A DNA stretch of 64,000 nucleotides, from the sequence record PZ445427.1, one strand, 5' to 3'. Origin of the DNA: a phage. Shown here piece by piece: positions 47,416 through 56,044 of this stretch (the first letter of the stretch is position 1; each line of letters starts with the position of its first letter). The notes beneath the pieces were generated by a model that was not told the DNA's origin, did no database searches, and saw nothing but the letters and a program-made list of their open reading frames with translations. Made by a program: the position numbers and the translations under genes.

Positions 47416-47560
47416 AATCTTGAAGTATGCCGGAATCGGTAGACGGGGCTTCCTAAAGGGCGTAAGGGGAACATCCACTCCTCATAAGATACCCGAAAAC
47501 GAGGCTGAGATAAATGGTCTATCTCGTGAAGGTTCAAGTCCTTCTGCTTCTTGATATTCA
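47416..47560 (+). other. unresolved tRNA-like structured segment
   Basis: Leu-type D-arm-like CCGGAATCGGTAGACGGGG and T-arm GAAGG-TTCAAGT-CCTTC, but no acceptor or anticodon arm at tRNA spacing. Confidence 0.3.
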
Positions 47561-47773
47561 ATGGCTCAAAGAGTAACGGTGCACCTTTCTAGAGAATTTC
47601 CTGGGCGAGAATCCAGGTGTAATCAACTAGTTGTTAGTGTGATGAGTTTCGGAGAGCCGCCACAATTGAAAATTCGTACTCGTCTTGAGCTTCGTGCAAT
47701 AGAAGATAACTTGATTAGTATTCTAGAAAATGCTATTTGAGGATGGTTTCGCTAACCCTGCGAGTTTTCAATT

Positions 47774-47850
47774 GTGGCTATATCATAATTGGTTAATGAT
47801 CCTGATTGTGAATCAGGCCTATGTGGATTCGAGTTCCACTAGCCACCCCA
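47774..47850 (+). tRNA. tRNA-His (anticodon GUG)
   Basis: perfect acceptor GTGGCTA/TAGCCAC; D-stem TCAT/ATGA; anticodon stem CCTGA/TCAGG loop TTGTGAA; CCA encoded. Confidence 0.75.
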
Positions 47851-47856
47851 AATATT

Positions 47857-47931
47857 GCGTCCTTATTTCAACGGAAAGAATGTAAAGCTACGAACTTTAC
47901 GATCGGGGTTCGATTCCCTGAGGATGCACCA
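47857..47931 (+). tRNA. tRNA-Arg (anticodon ACG)
   Basis: acceptor GCGTCCT/AGGATGC; anticodon stem GTAAAG/CTTTAC loop CTACGAA; T-arm CGGGG-TTCGATT-CCCTG; CCA encoded. Confidence 0.65.
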
Positions 47932-47954
47932 ATTAACTTAAACAGGAAAATAAT

Positions 47955-48156
47955 AATGGCTGATTTCTGTAAAGAATGCTCTATCGATATGTGGGGCAAA
48001 GATACACAAGATCTTTCTGGTCTTATCACTGAAGCCGAGGTTAAAGAGGGCTACGGTGCTGTAGTAATCTGCGAAGGTTGTGGTATTATCCGTGTTGATC
48101 ATGAAGGCAAACGCCTTGAAGAACCTGAGCCAATCGCAACGGTTCCTGTAGAGTAA
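47955..48156 (+). CDS. small Cys-rich protein (67 aa)
   Basis: start placed after tRNAs (ORF 47821 otherwise overlaps two tRNAs); CxxC...CxxC. Confidence 0.45.
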
Positions 48157-48164
48157 AGAATTAT

Positions 48165-48240
48165 TGGGATGTAGATCAATTGGCAGATCGTCGGCCTCTG
48201 ACTCCGAAGGTTCCACGTTCGATCCGTGGCATCCCAGCCA
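48165..48240 (+). tRNA. tRNA-Gln (anticodon CUG)
   Basis: perfect acceptor TGGGATG/CATCCCA with U1-A72 and G73 (Gln-like); D-stem GATC/GATC; anticodon loop CTCTGAC; CCA encoded. Confidence 0.7.
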
Positions 48241-48246
48241 AACAAT

Positions 48247-48322
48247 TGGAGAGTAGTGTAACGGTTAGCACAACGGCCTTTGACTCCGTTAATGGTAGGT
48301 TCGATTCCTCCTTCTCCAGCCA
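48247..48322 (+). tRNA. tRNA-Gln (anticodon UUG)
   Basis: acceptor TGGAGAG/TTCTCCA, G73; anticodon loop CTTTGAC; T-loop TTCGATT; CCA encoded. Confidence 0.65.
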
Positions 48323-48328
48323 ATTTAT

Positions 48329-48403
48329 GCGTGATTAGTTCAGTGGCTAGAATAACTGGCTTCCAACCAGTAGACACGAGTTCGACTCTCGTATCCCGCA
48401 CCA
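48329..48403 (+). tRNA. tRNA-Gly (anticodon UCC)
   Basis: acceptor GCGTGAT/ATCCCGC (6/7); D-stem GTTC/GAAT; anticodon stem ACTGG/CCAGT loop CTTCCAA; CCA encoded. Confidence 0.65.
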
Positions 48404-48419
48404 AATATAAGGAAACGTT

Positions 48420-48662
48420 ATGGACGTTTTTGAGTTTCGTAATAAAAGCCCCAATAGGCGCGTTTTGATTATTGGTGAAACATATCGAGCTTATGAGCAA
48501 GAAGATGGTTCGGTTTTACTAAACGATGAAAAGCAAGGTTATAGCTTTTATCCAGAAGAAACGTATGAAGAATTTCGTACCAAGTTTCTCTTACCAGACT
48601 GGCTAGCAGTAGCCGAGCAACGAGAATCCGAAGATGGCAGAAAACCTAAAATTAAAGGTTGA
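48420..48662 (+). CDS. hypothetical protein (80 aa)
   Basis: ORF with SD AAGGAAACG. Confidence 0.5.
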   Translation: MDVFEFRNKSPNRRVLIIGETYRAYEQEDGSVLLNDEKQGYSFYPEETYEEFRTKFLLPDWLAVAEQRESEDGRKPKIKG

Positions 48663-48785
48663 CAAACAAAAGAAATACGTTGAGGTTGAATTAGGCGAAG
48701 AACGCTTAAAGCTATCCTTCGAGTTTCTTCAGCAGTTGGCGATGACAGTAATGTCTGATAAGTCTCCTGTATTTGAGAAAGAAAT

Positions 48786-48808
48786 CCCGTTGAAATGACG
48801 GGTTTATT
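48786..48808 (+). terminator. hairpin CCCGT-TGAAATGA-ACGGG followed by TTTATT
   Basis: directly upstream of tRNA-Thr; may be terminator or processing signal. Confidence 0.35.
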
Positions 48809-48883
48809 GCTCCTAAAGCATTGCTGGCGATGCAGTTGCCTTGTAAGCATCTGAACCGGGTTCGATTCCTGGTGGGAGCACCA
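48809..48883 (+). tRNA. tRNA-Thr (anticodon UGU)
   Basis: acceptor GCTCCTA/TGGGAGC; D-stem GCAT/ATGC; anticodon loop CTTGTAA; T-arm CCGGG-TTCGATT-CCTGG; CCA encoded. Confidence 0.65.
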
Positions 48884-48898
48884 AATTTAAAAATTCAT

Positions 48899-48927
48899 TT
48901 GCCTTCTCTCTTATTTCTTGTTATAAT
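48899..48927 (+). promoter_or_regulatory. promoter cassette (TTGCCT-N17-TATAAT)
   Basis: followed by AATTAATGAGAGGGAAACC leader and ATG 48958. Confidence 0.55.
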
Positions 48928-48957
48928 ATTTATATAAATTAATGAGAGGGAAACCAA

Positions 48958-49251
48958 ATGAAACGTTATCTTTCTGTCGTATTCCAAACGGGTGGTCAAC
49001 GCTACACTTACGAATTTCCTGAGTCTTGGAAAATCAAAGAGGGTGATCAAGTTGTTGTGTTAACACCTCGTGAAGGCTTCAAAGTAGTAACGGTTAAACA
49101 AGTATTTCCAAAAGATCACGAACCATCTAAGTCTCTTAACTATAAGATGATTCATGGTCTGGTACGAAAAGTACCTAGAACAGAAGTCGAAGTAGATAAA
49201 ACTGGAGAAGCTAAATACCAGTATACCTCTTACTTAGACGAAATGATGTAA
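48958..49251 (+). CDS. hypothetical protein (97 aa)
   Basis: ORF after promoter. Confidence 0.5.
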   Translation: MKRYLSVVFQTGGQRYTYEFPESWKIKEGDQVVVLTPREGFKVVTVKQVFPKDHEPSKSLNYKMIHGLVRKVPRTEVEVDKTGEAKYQYTSYLDEMM

Positions 49252-49252
49252 T

Positions 49253-49328
49253 GCTCCGATAGTTCAAACGGTTAGAACAGGCGACCGATAATCGTCAAAT
49301 CTTGGTTCGATCCCAAGTCGGAGTACCA
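49253..49328 (+). tRNA. tRNA-Ile (anticodon GAU)
   Basis: acceptor GCTCCGA/TCGGAGT; D-stem GTTC/GAAC; anticodon stem GGCGA/TCGTC loop CCGATAA; T-arm CTTGG-TTCGATC-CCAAG; CCA encoded. Confidence 0.7.
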
Positions 49329-49334
49329 AATTAT

Positions 49335-49407
49335 AGTTAGTTGGCAGAGTGGTTATGCACCTCCTTCATACGGAGTGACTACAGTGGTTCAAATCCACTA
49401 CTAACTA
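49335..49407 (+). tRNA. tRNA with anticodon CAU (third copy); CCA not encoded
   Basis: perfect acceptor AGTTAGT/ACTAACT; anticodon loop TTCATAC; T-arm AGTGG-TTCAAAT-CCACT; 3' end followed by CTA. Confidence 0.55.
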
Positions 49408-49779
49408 CTAAACAGAGGATCAGGTCATTGTACCAGATCCTGCTGAGAAGAGAGTCCACATTCTATAAATGGCCGGGCGTGACAGCAGGAAGTAGACTGC
49501 AACTCCATGCTATCCAGGAGTATAAATGTAGAAGCTAGGACTTTAGATAGCCATTGTCTTAGCGTGAGCAATCACGTAGTTGCAACAGACCTGGAAGATC
49601 GCAACGTTAAAATCAAAGTTCCAGTGCTTATTTATCTAATCGAGACCATCAATCTCACCGGAATGCTAGCACCCCAACAGTAGCTAGTGATTAGATAATA
49701 AGCAAGCCTGCCTTCCAGTTTTTATCTTGCTTCTGGGTTAACAAAAAGCTGAGCCAAATTCTAACATCAGGGAGATCTA

Positions 49780-50148
49780 ATGAAAGCATATCAAAGTCTT
49801 AAGTCTGGCGTAATTAACATTGTTCATAACAATCAGATCATTCAACTATATTCTAAAGATGGTGAACTTAAACAGAAAGTTCTAGTCGAAGATCTAGAAG
49901 GTATCACACCTCACTTTGACCCTGAGGCCTTTCGCATTGTAGATGTGGAAGTGGTTCCTCAAGTCGAGGGTGGTCAGCACCTAAATGTCAATGTGTTAAG
50001 CCGTGATCAGCTTTTGGATGCACAGAAACATCCTGAAAAATATCCTCAGTTGACCATCCGTGTCTCTGGCTATGCTGTTCGATTTAACGCATTGACGCGT
50101 GAACAACAGAACGACGTTATTAGTCGTACATTTACTCAGGCGATATAA
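49780..50148 (+). CDS. autonomous glycyl-radical cofactor (GrcA/YfiD-like)
   Basis: 122 aa; C-terminal glycyl-radical signature [25 protein letters not shown]. Confidence 0.7.
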   Translation: MKAYQSLKSGVINIVHNNQIIQLYSKDGELKQKVLVEDLEGITPHFDPEAFRIVDVEVVPQVEGGQHLNVNVLSRDQLLDAQKHPEKYPQLTIRVSGYAVRFNALTREQQNDVISRTFTQAI

Positions 50149-50229
50149 TGGGGTTTGGATACGATTTCTCCCAGCTACGCAAGGTAGTCGAGCAAACTCC
50201 ATTTATCTCCCAAGTTTTAGGAGAAATGT

Positions 50230-50529
50230 GTGGATCGAGCATTAAGACGCCATCACCGGCAACGTGTGAAAAACAACCGAAAGAAGTATTGGACAGTATT
50301 CCCTCATGAAGAAAGTCCTAAGCGGTTAGGCATTATTACTACCACGCCTTGCATCTGTTCTTGTTGGATGTGTGGGAATCCTCGCAAATACTATAAGAAT
50401 AGTAAAGCAGGTATGAAAATCTCGGAGATTAAAAAGATGGATGCAATGATTATGGGCACCACCTTTACAGGTGGTATCTCTGATGAATTCGACGGTTTTG
50501 TAACTCAAGATATTGTTGAAATTATCTAA
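50230..50529 (+). CDS. short radical-SAM-like protein, possible glycyl-radical activase (NrdG/PflA-like core)
   Basis: 99 aa; CxxxCxxC (CICSCWMC) preceded by Gly/Thr-rich strand and followed by GGISDE (compare GGEP of activases). Confidence 0.4.
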   Translation: MDRALRRHHRQRVKNNRKKYWTVFPHEESPKRLGIITTTPCICSCWMCGNPRKYYKNSKAGMKISEIKKMDAMIMGTTFTGGISDEFDGFVTQDIVEII

Positions 50530-50537
50530 TTAATAAT

Positions 50538-50575
50538 AAACCCCAGCTATTGAATAAGTAGTCTGGGGTTTTCTT
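50538..50575 (+). terminator. rho-independent terminator
   Basis: AACCCCAG...CTGGGGTT hairpin followed by TTCTTG. Confidence 0.55.
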
Positions 50576-50593
50576 GTATGTAGGATTTTCGAA

Positions 50594-50779
50594 ATGAAAA
50601 TTTTTAAAGTGAACTATAGAGGCCTGTGGTTAGGTGGTACAGCTATTGTTGTTGCGGAAACTGCGGAAGAAGCAATCGAACTGGCTAGAAACCATAGAAG
50701 TTCTATAGAGTTCGAAGATGCGAGGGTAGAAGAACTCCCAAGCAGTGGGGTAGTATACAACGACAACGGAGATTACTAA
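50594..50779 (+). CDS. hypothetical protein (61 aa)
   Basis: ORF. Confidence 0.45.
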   Translation: MKIFKVNYRGLWLGGTAIVVAETAEEAIELARNHRSSIEFEDARVEELPSSGVVYNDNGDY

Positions 50780-50837
50780 TGTTATATTTTGAAGTTCGTC
50801 CACATTAAGTTAATTCAAAAGACTTAATGGAGGTAAT

Positions 50838-51185
50838 ATGAGCCGTACTTATCGTAAACAATCTGGTGATCAGTGGTGGAAATCAAAAGCTAAGTATACT
50901 CAGGAGTACACTCTCCTCAAAGGTAGTGGCTACTGGATTCGAGTTACTTACGCTAAATCCTGGGATGAAGTAGAGCAGGAAATGAAGGAAGCAACTATCC
51001 GCAACGAGAAAAAGGATGGTTACAACTGGGATTCTGTTAGCAAGAATGTTAAGTGGCATTCTAACAAAATGGTTCGTCAAGGGAATCGTCAAGAACTCCA
51101 CCGTGTAATGAGAGATCCAGAAAATTACGACTATAATCGCGACCATGACATGCGTAAGCGTGGTTTATGGTGGTGCTACGACTAA
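50838..51185 (+). CDS. hypothetical protein (115 aa)
   Basis: ORF with SD GGAGGTAATATG. Confidence 0.5.
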   Translation: MSRTYRKQSGDQWWKSKAKYTQEYTLLKGSGYWIRVTYAKSWDEVEQEMKEATIRNEKKDGYNWDSVSKNVKWHSNKMVRQGNRQELHRVMRDPENYDYNRDHDMRKRGLWWCYD

Positions 51186-51191
51186 GGAAAT

Positions 51192-51689
51192 ATGGAAACC
51201 TGGAAAGACATAACAGGTTTTGAGGGTAAATACCAGATATCTAATAAGGGGAATGTCTCTAGTTATTTATCTGGTAAAATTCTCAAACCCCAAGTAAATA
51301 GACAAGGGTATCTTGTCATCAACCTATATTATGAAGTAGGTAAAGCTAGAAAATTTAGGATACACAGACTTGTAGCTGAGCACTTTATACCTAATCCAGA
51401 TAATAAACCCTTCGTTAATCATCTGGATGGTGATAAGTCAAATAATGACGAGGATAACCTAGAATGGAGCACCTCGGAAGAGAATAATAGACATGCCCGT
51501 GAAAATGGTTTAGCTAATTGGGCGAAAGGGGAACAGCATGGTAGGTGTAAACTATCTGATGCAGATATCTTTTGGATAAGAAGTCATTATCAGCCAAGAA
51601 ACCGAGAATTTGGTCAAGCTGCTTTAGCTAGGATGTTCGGTGTAAGTCAACCTCACATATCGTATATAATTAACGGGCATAAAAGGTAA
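51192..51689 (+). CDS. HNH homing endonuclease (NUMOD4-HNH type)
   Basis: N-terminal FEGKYQISNKGNV; HNH region HRLVAEHF...NHLDGDKSNNDEDNLEW. Confidence 0.7.
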   Translation: METWKDITGFEGKYQISNKGNVSSYLSGKILKPQVNRQGYLVINLYYEVGKARKFRIHRLVAEHFIPNPDNKPFVNHLDGDKSNNDEDNLEWSTSEENNRHARENGLANWAKGEQHGRCKLSDADIFWIRSHYQPRNREFGQAALARMFGVSQPHISYIINGHKR

Positions 51690-51705
51690 AAATGAAATAA
51701 TTCAT

Positions 51706-51734
51706 TTGCTAAAGAACCTCTTTATTGATATAAT
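51706..51734 (+). promoter_or_regulatory. promoter cassette (TTGCTA-N17-TATAAT)
   Basis: leader AATTGATAGAGAGGGCTTTGAA then ATG 51766. Confidence 0.6.
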
Positions 51735-51765
51735 ATTTATATAAATTGATAGAGAGGGCTTTGAA

Positions 51766-52047
51766 ATGAAAACTCGCCTAGACTGTGCTGTTCATGTACT
51801 TGAGCATGATATTGTTGGGACTTGTATGTCTTATCATGAAGCAGGTAAAATGATTGTTAAACGTGTTGCTGATGTTTGTAGTTTGAAAATCACCGAAGAT
51901 GAAGCAGACGAACTGCTTGGACAGGCAATAGAGAAAACAGAAATTTTCTTGTGCGATTCTTGTTCTTGGTGGTGTGAAGCTCACGAACATTCTTTCAATG
52001 ATTATGATGTATGCCGTGACTGTAAAGAGGACGATGAAGATGAATAA
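51766..52047 (+). CDS. Cys-rich acidic protein (93 aa)
   Basis: CDSCSWWC...CRDC clusters. Confidence 0.5.
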   Translation: MKTRLDCAVHVLEHDIVGTCMSYHEAGKMIVKRVADVCSLKITEDEADELLGQAIEKTEIFLCDSCSWWCEAHEHSFNDYDVCRDCKEDDEDE

Positions 52048-52339
52048 GTTTATTATTGCTCTGGTAATTTCAGCAGTCAGTTTCGGTTCTCTGGCATCTA
52101 CCAAAGTTTCTATGAAAAATGGTAATGTTAAAGTTCAGCAGAATGGCATTACCACCGAATATGGTAAAGTACGTGATGTAAAAGAACGTAATGGCAAAGT
52201 AGAAATATATACTAATAAAAACTTCTCTACTCCGGCTGTTACTGTTAGTAAACGTGGTGAAATCACTACTCAACGTACTAATAGTTCTGATTCTTTTACT
52301 TGCCGTTATGACTGCGGCTTTGAAGGTGAAGATGAGTAA
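52040..52339 (+). CDS. secreted protein with signal peptide (99 aa)
   Basis: start at MNKFIIALVISAVSFGSLAS; upstream in-frame extension overlaps previous gene. Confidence 0.5.
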   Translation: MNKFIIALVISAVSFGSLASTKVSMKNGNVKVQQNGITTEYGKVRDVKERNGKVEIYTNKNFSTPAVTVSKRGEITTQRTNSSDSFTCRYDCGFEGEDE

Positions 52340-52751
52340 TTTAGACCCTAGAATTAAACATGCAGTTGAAGAAATCCAAGATCAAATCGATGAGGATTTC
52401 ACTGTTTGGTCAAGATTTGGTAATGGTGAAGGTTGTCAGCTTTATAGCATGAAAATGGGTATCTCGATTGAACTTAGTATCAATCCCGAGGGTAACGTAG
52501 AAGCCCAACCCATGTTCAGTGTTCCAGGCTTCTCTGGATTTGTTATGGGCATGAAACTATGTCTACCAAATAAACATCTTTACCGTGTTATCTGTCAGCT
52601 AGAAACAATTAAACATTTCTTGCCAGAAGATAACATTAATGACTACTATCATGAAGTTGTAGCAGCTTACATGATGAAAGAACGCAAACGTCGGAGAGCA
52701 GAACGTGAAAGAGCTAAATCTCAACAGTCTAGTACAGATTCCAGCAACTGA
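52332..52751 (+). CDS. hypothetical protein (139 aa)
   Basis: start at ATG overlapping previous stop (ATGAGTAA). Confidence 0.5.
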   Translation: MSNLDPRIKHAVEEIQDQIDEDFTVWSRFGNGEGCQLYSMKMGISIELSINPEGNVEAQPMFSVPGFSGFVMGMKLCLPNKHLYRVICQLETIKHFLPEDNINDYYHEVVAAYMMKERKRRRAERERAKSQQSSTDSSN

Positions 52752-53001
52752 TGCTGTACTAGACTTCCTCAAGCAGGAACATATTAAGTTCTGGACTAAC
52801 TATGCAGAACAGTACGAAGAAACTTCTAGTGCAATAACATTCGCGGATAAACGAATAGCTGAGTATACAGATCCTAGAGTTAAAAATGGTATGATTACCT
52901 TACCACTTTGGGATGTAATGGAAAAGTTTGGTAAAGATTTGTGCCCAGGTTGTATACCATTGTTTGTTACTATTCTAATTGACGAAAAGGATCTTAAATG
53001 A
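52705..53001 (+). CDS. hypothetical protein (98 aa)
   Basis: ORF; overlaps previous gene by 47 nt in another frame. Confidence 0.4.
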   Translation: MKELNLNSLVQIPATDAVLDFLKQEHIKFWTNYAEQYEETSSAITFADKRIAEYTDPRVKNGMITLPLWDVMEKFGKDLCPGCIPLFVTILIDEKDLK

Positions 53002-53282
53002 TTATCTCTCCATTTGCTTTGTGGTTTGTTATTGGTGCAGTTGTCGCGATTTACAGTCTGATTGATGATCTGTATATCTCTAAAAATAAAGATGTTATTC
53101 TTTATGTTATAAACAAATATCGTCCGCCAGAATTAGCAGAATTTGACGATGAAAAGATGTTCAAATTCATTATGTCAGGTATGCTTATTATGGACACCTT
53201 GTTCGGGCCAGTAGCTACTTATTTCTTCTTCCGTAAAACTCGTAAGATGAAAAAGTTCCGTGCTGAAATGCAGAGCAAGTAA
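52998..53282 (+). CDS. small membrane protein (94 aa)
   Basis: N-terminal TM helix; basic C-terminus. Confidence 0.5.
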   Translation: MIISPFALWFVIGAVVAIYSLIDDLYISKNKDVILYVINKYRPPELAEFDDEKMFKFIMSGMLIMDTLFGPVATYFFFRKTRKMKKFRAEMQSK

Positions 53283-53398
53283 AGAACTCGCGTAGGACCG
53301 AGTTGCGTCACCTGCAACTGTTACGGATAAGGGAGTCGTGCCCCTTAGTGCGGTAAGTGGTGAGTTGGTCGCTGACCTCAACTTTAACTGGAGATATC

Positions 53399-53746
53399 AT
53401 GAGCTTTATTTTATTTATTGTAGCAGCATGGTTTATTATTGGTTTAGGCTATGCTATTGCAGTTATTCGTCATCTGGATGAATATTCTGCTGAATGGTTT
53501 ATTAAGTACCTACGTTTAGACGATCAAGAACACGAGTTCGACAGTGCTGAGGAAAGACAGGCTGTCCAGTCAATGACTCCCAAAGAATGCTTGCTTTACA
53601 TGCGTGTAATTGGTTTCTTTGGACTGTTGGTAGCGGGGCCGCTAGGTCTTACTATTGCTCCCTACAAAGAAGTTGTTGACGACATTAAACTATGGAGAAC
53701 CGCTGGATCGCTACGTCGTGCTAGAGAATTAAGTAAACAAGAGTGA
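53399..53746 (+). CDS. membrane protein (115 aa)
   Basis: start at ATG after GGAGATATC; two TM helices. Confidence 0.5.
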   Translation: MSFILFIVAAWFIIGLGYAIAVIRHLDEYSAEWFIKYLRLDDQEHEFDSAEERQAVQSMTPKECLLYMRVIGFFGLLVAGPLGLTIAPYKEVVDDIKLWRTAGSLRRARELSKQE

Positions 53747-53781
53747 TGATAATCACCTCCTAGCAAGAATAATAATGACAA

Positions 53782-53817
53782 AGCCCAGCCTGCAATTTTG
53801 CGACTGGGCTATTTTTG
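53782..53817 (+). terminator. rho-independent terminator
   Basis: AGCCCAG...CTGGGCT hairpin followed by ATTTTTG. Confidence 0.6.
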
Positions 53818-53831
53818 TAATAAAATTTCAG

Positions 53832-53860
53832 TTGCTCAGATGCCACAAGTATTGTATAAT
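53832..53860 (+). promoter_or_regulatory. promoter cassette (TTGCTC-N17-TATAAT)
   Basis: upstream of 53892 gene. Confidence 0.6.
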
Positions 53861-53891
53861 ATGTTTATAGATTGAGGCAAAAGGATAATTT

Positions 53892-54590
53892 ATGAGAATC
53901 ATTTCAAAGTTCAATGATGTATACGATTTGCAGAATAGTTTATTTGATCCAGATCGTGTCTGGGAGCGTAAAACTGAAGAGCTGCTAGTAAAAGTAACTG
54001 ACGATGTAGAAAAGAATATCGTTCATAATCGTCAGGTGTTTCGTGAGGGTTCCTTATCCTTCCGTGGTGACTTCGAATACTCAGTAAATCCACTGTTTAT
54101 TGCAGGCGAAGTTTACTGGTTACATGAACTGTCCTGCTGGCATCCAGCATTCAGTTTCAAAACGTTCAACATCGATGCTGTGTTCGATAAAATGGAAGAA
54201 ATGGGATTACATGCCCGTTCTTACTTACTAGATAAGAATCGTGGTGATGTTCGTGAAACCATGCGAGATATGTTGGTTGAAGCAAAACCTAAAGCAGAAC
54301 GTATCTTATCTGAACTGCGCGTACCAATTGCATATGTGAAAGGTATTAAGAAGAACGATAACGATGATGTTCGTAACTTCGTAATTCAGACAAACATTCG
54401 TTTCCATCAGTCAGGTATTCCGTGGCAGGAAATTGAAAGTAACTTATACCGTTTACACCAAGTTCTCGAACAGTATATCTTCGGTGTACTAGGAACTGGT
54501 GAGCCTGATATGATTACCGTATCAGATAAAGACAGGTTAGCAGCACATGGATTTGATACAAAAACTTCTTTCAGGAATATGGCAAGGTAA
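53892..54590 (+). CDS. hypothetical protein (232 aa)
   Basis: ORF with SD AAAAGGATAA. Confidence 0.55.
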   Translation: MRIISKFNDVYDLQNSLFDPDRVWERKTEELLVKVTDDVEKNIVHNRQVFREGSLSFRGDFEYSVNPLFIAGEVYWLHELSCWHPAFSFKTFNIDAVFDKMEEMGLHARSYLLDKNRGDVRETMRDMLVEAKPKAERILSELRVPIAYVKGIKKNDNDDVRNFVIQTNIRFHQSGIPWQEIESNLYRLHQVLEQYIFGVLGTGEPDMITVSDKDRLAAHGFDTKTSFRNMAR

Positions 54591-54996
54591 GTGGTATATC
54601 CTGGGAGCTGGTCTTGCGATAGGTATCGGATTCGGTGCTTATCACTTAGTAAATAAGGTTGAAACCCTAGCTGGGGATCTTGCAATTGCGACTAAAAAGA
54701 TCTCCACTCTAGAGACTTCCCTTAATAAGGTGAAAACTGAGAGTGAACTTCGTGAGACTCGAATGAACCAGTATTTCACAATGAATAATATTTCGCAAGC
54801 AGATCTAGACAAAAAGATTAAGCAGTTAGATAAAGCTCTTAGTCGTCAAGATGTTATCGCTGCAAAGCCTGGATTGGTAACATTAATTGCTAAAAAGCAG
54901 AATAAAGAGTTCGAGGAAAGATTAGCATGTTTAACTGGAAACTTGGAGTACTGCTCGCAGCCGCAATCACAATCACAGGCTGTGCAGAAGAAATAA
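54547..54996 (+). CDS. membrane-anchored coiled-coil protein, candidate i-spanin
   Basis: N-terminal TM helix WYILGAGLAIGIGFGAY then long helical periplasmic part; next gene starts inside it. Confidence 0.4.
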   Translation: MDLIQKLLSGIWQGKWYILGAGLAIGIGFGAYHLVNKVETLAGDLAIATKKISTLETSLNKVKTESELRETRMNQYFTMNNISQADLDKKIKQLDKALSRQDVIAAKPGLVTLIAKKQNKEFEERLACLTGNLEYCSQPQSQSQAVQKK

Positions 54997-55280
54997 AACC
55001 AGAGCCATCTCATGAGTTAAAGCAAGCTCATGTTGACTGGCCTAAAGGACTTCAGCCGTGTAGCTTTGATTTCAAATTCGAAAAGAAATTAGCTACAAAT
55101 GGTGAAGATGGCGTAGTAGTTGTTGTACCTTACAAAGATTGGAATGCAAAAGCAAAATGCGAGGAAGCAGTTTACTCTTACATTTCACGACTGACCGGTA
55201 TGGTTTGCTTCTATCGTCAAGATTTACAAGAAAAACGTTGCTTAGTTTACTATCCACCCATTACAAATAGGAAAGATTAA
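54927..55280 (+). CDS. lipoprotein, candidate o-spanin
   Basis: lipobox LAAAITITGC after signal helix; embedded start within previous gene (Rz/Rz1-like architecture). Confidence 0.4.
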   Translation: MFNWKLGVLLAAAITITGCAEEIKPEPSHELKQAHVDWPKGLQPCSFDFKFEKKLATNGEDGVVVVVPYKDWNAKAKCEEAVYSYISRLTGMVCFYRQDLQEKRCLVYYPPITNRKD

Positions 55281-56032
55281 TGTCAGTATTAGTCGGTTTA
55301 CATGGTGAGGCTGGTGCGGGAAAAGATACCGTTGCAGAATTAATGATTGACTGGTGTAATGACACGTTCCCAACGTGTTTATCCCGTCGTTATAGTTTTG
55401 CTAAACCCGTTTACGAACTTGCATCCGTAATCCTCGGGGTAACCCCAGAGTTTCTGGGAGAGCGCAGGGGAAAAGAGATTGACCAATGGTTTACAGTCAC
55501 ACAATCTCAATTGGAGCGAGCTAGAGACGTATGGTTTAAGTATGGTATCGATAAGTTTGAGGACTTCTCGTACGTTTGGCCGATATTTGAAGGAAAATAC
55601 CTTGATCCTCAGCAGTTAATTGGGCAAGCTGATGATGCGCTGTATAGCGTATTTATCTCCCCAAGAAAAATGCTACAGCTTGTAGGTACTGAGTTAGGAA
55701 GGCAGCTGGTGCATGAACGCATTTGGCTCATAATTCTGGAGCAATCCATCGATAAAGACGACCCAGACGTCGCAATCGTTACCGATGTGCGTTTCCCCAA
55801 TGAGGGAGAGCTAATCATGGAAACCAATACTCTAGATATGGATTCCATGCTTATTAAGGTTGAATCTGGTATTACTAATAAGTATCGCATCGAGACAGAT
55901 CATCCGTCTGAAAGCGGTATTCCTGAAAAATACATTTCTCATAAATTTGAGAATACCTTCAACGGACTTGATGCACTTCGTACCGATGTGTACCACTTCT
56001 GTGACTTAGAGCTAGAACCACTAGTTGGATAA
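55280..56032 (+). CDS. deoxynucleoside monophosphate kinase-like P-loop kinase
   Basis: 250 aa; P-loop GLHGEAGAGKDT (compare T4 gp1 GxxRSGKDT). Confidence 0.6.
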   Translation: MSVLVGLHGEAGAGKDTVAELMIDWCNDTFPTCLSRRYSFAKPVYELASVILGVTPEFLGERRGKEIDQWFTVTQSQLERARDVWFKYGIDKFEDFSYVWPIFEGKYLDPQQLIGQADDALYSVFISPRKMLQLVGTELGRQLVHERIWLIILEQSIDKDDPDVAIVTDVRFPNEGELIMETNTLDMDSMLIKVESGITNKYRIETDHPSESGIPEKYISHKFENTFNGLDALRTDVYHFCDLELEPLVG

Positions 56033-56044
56033 TTAAGGATCACT

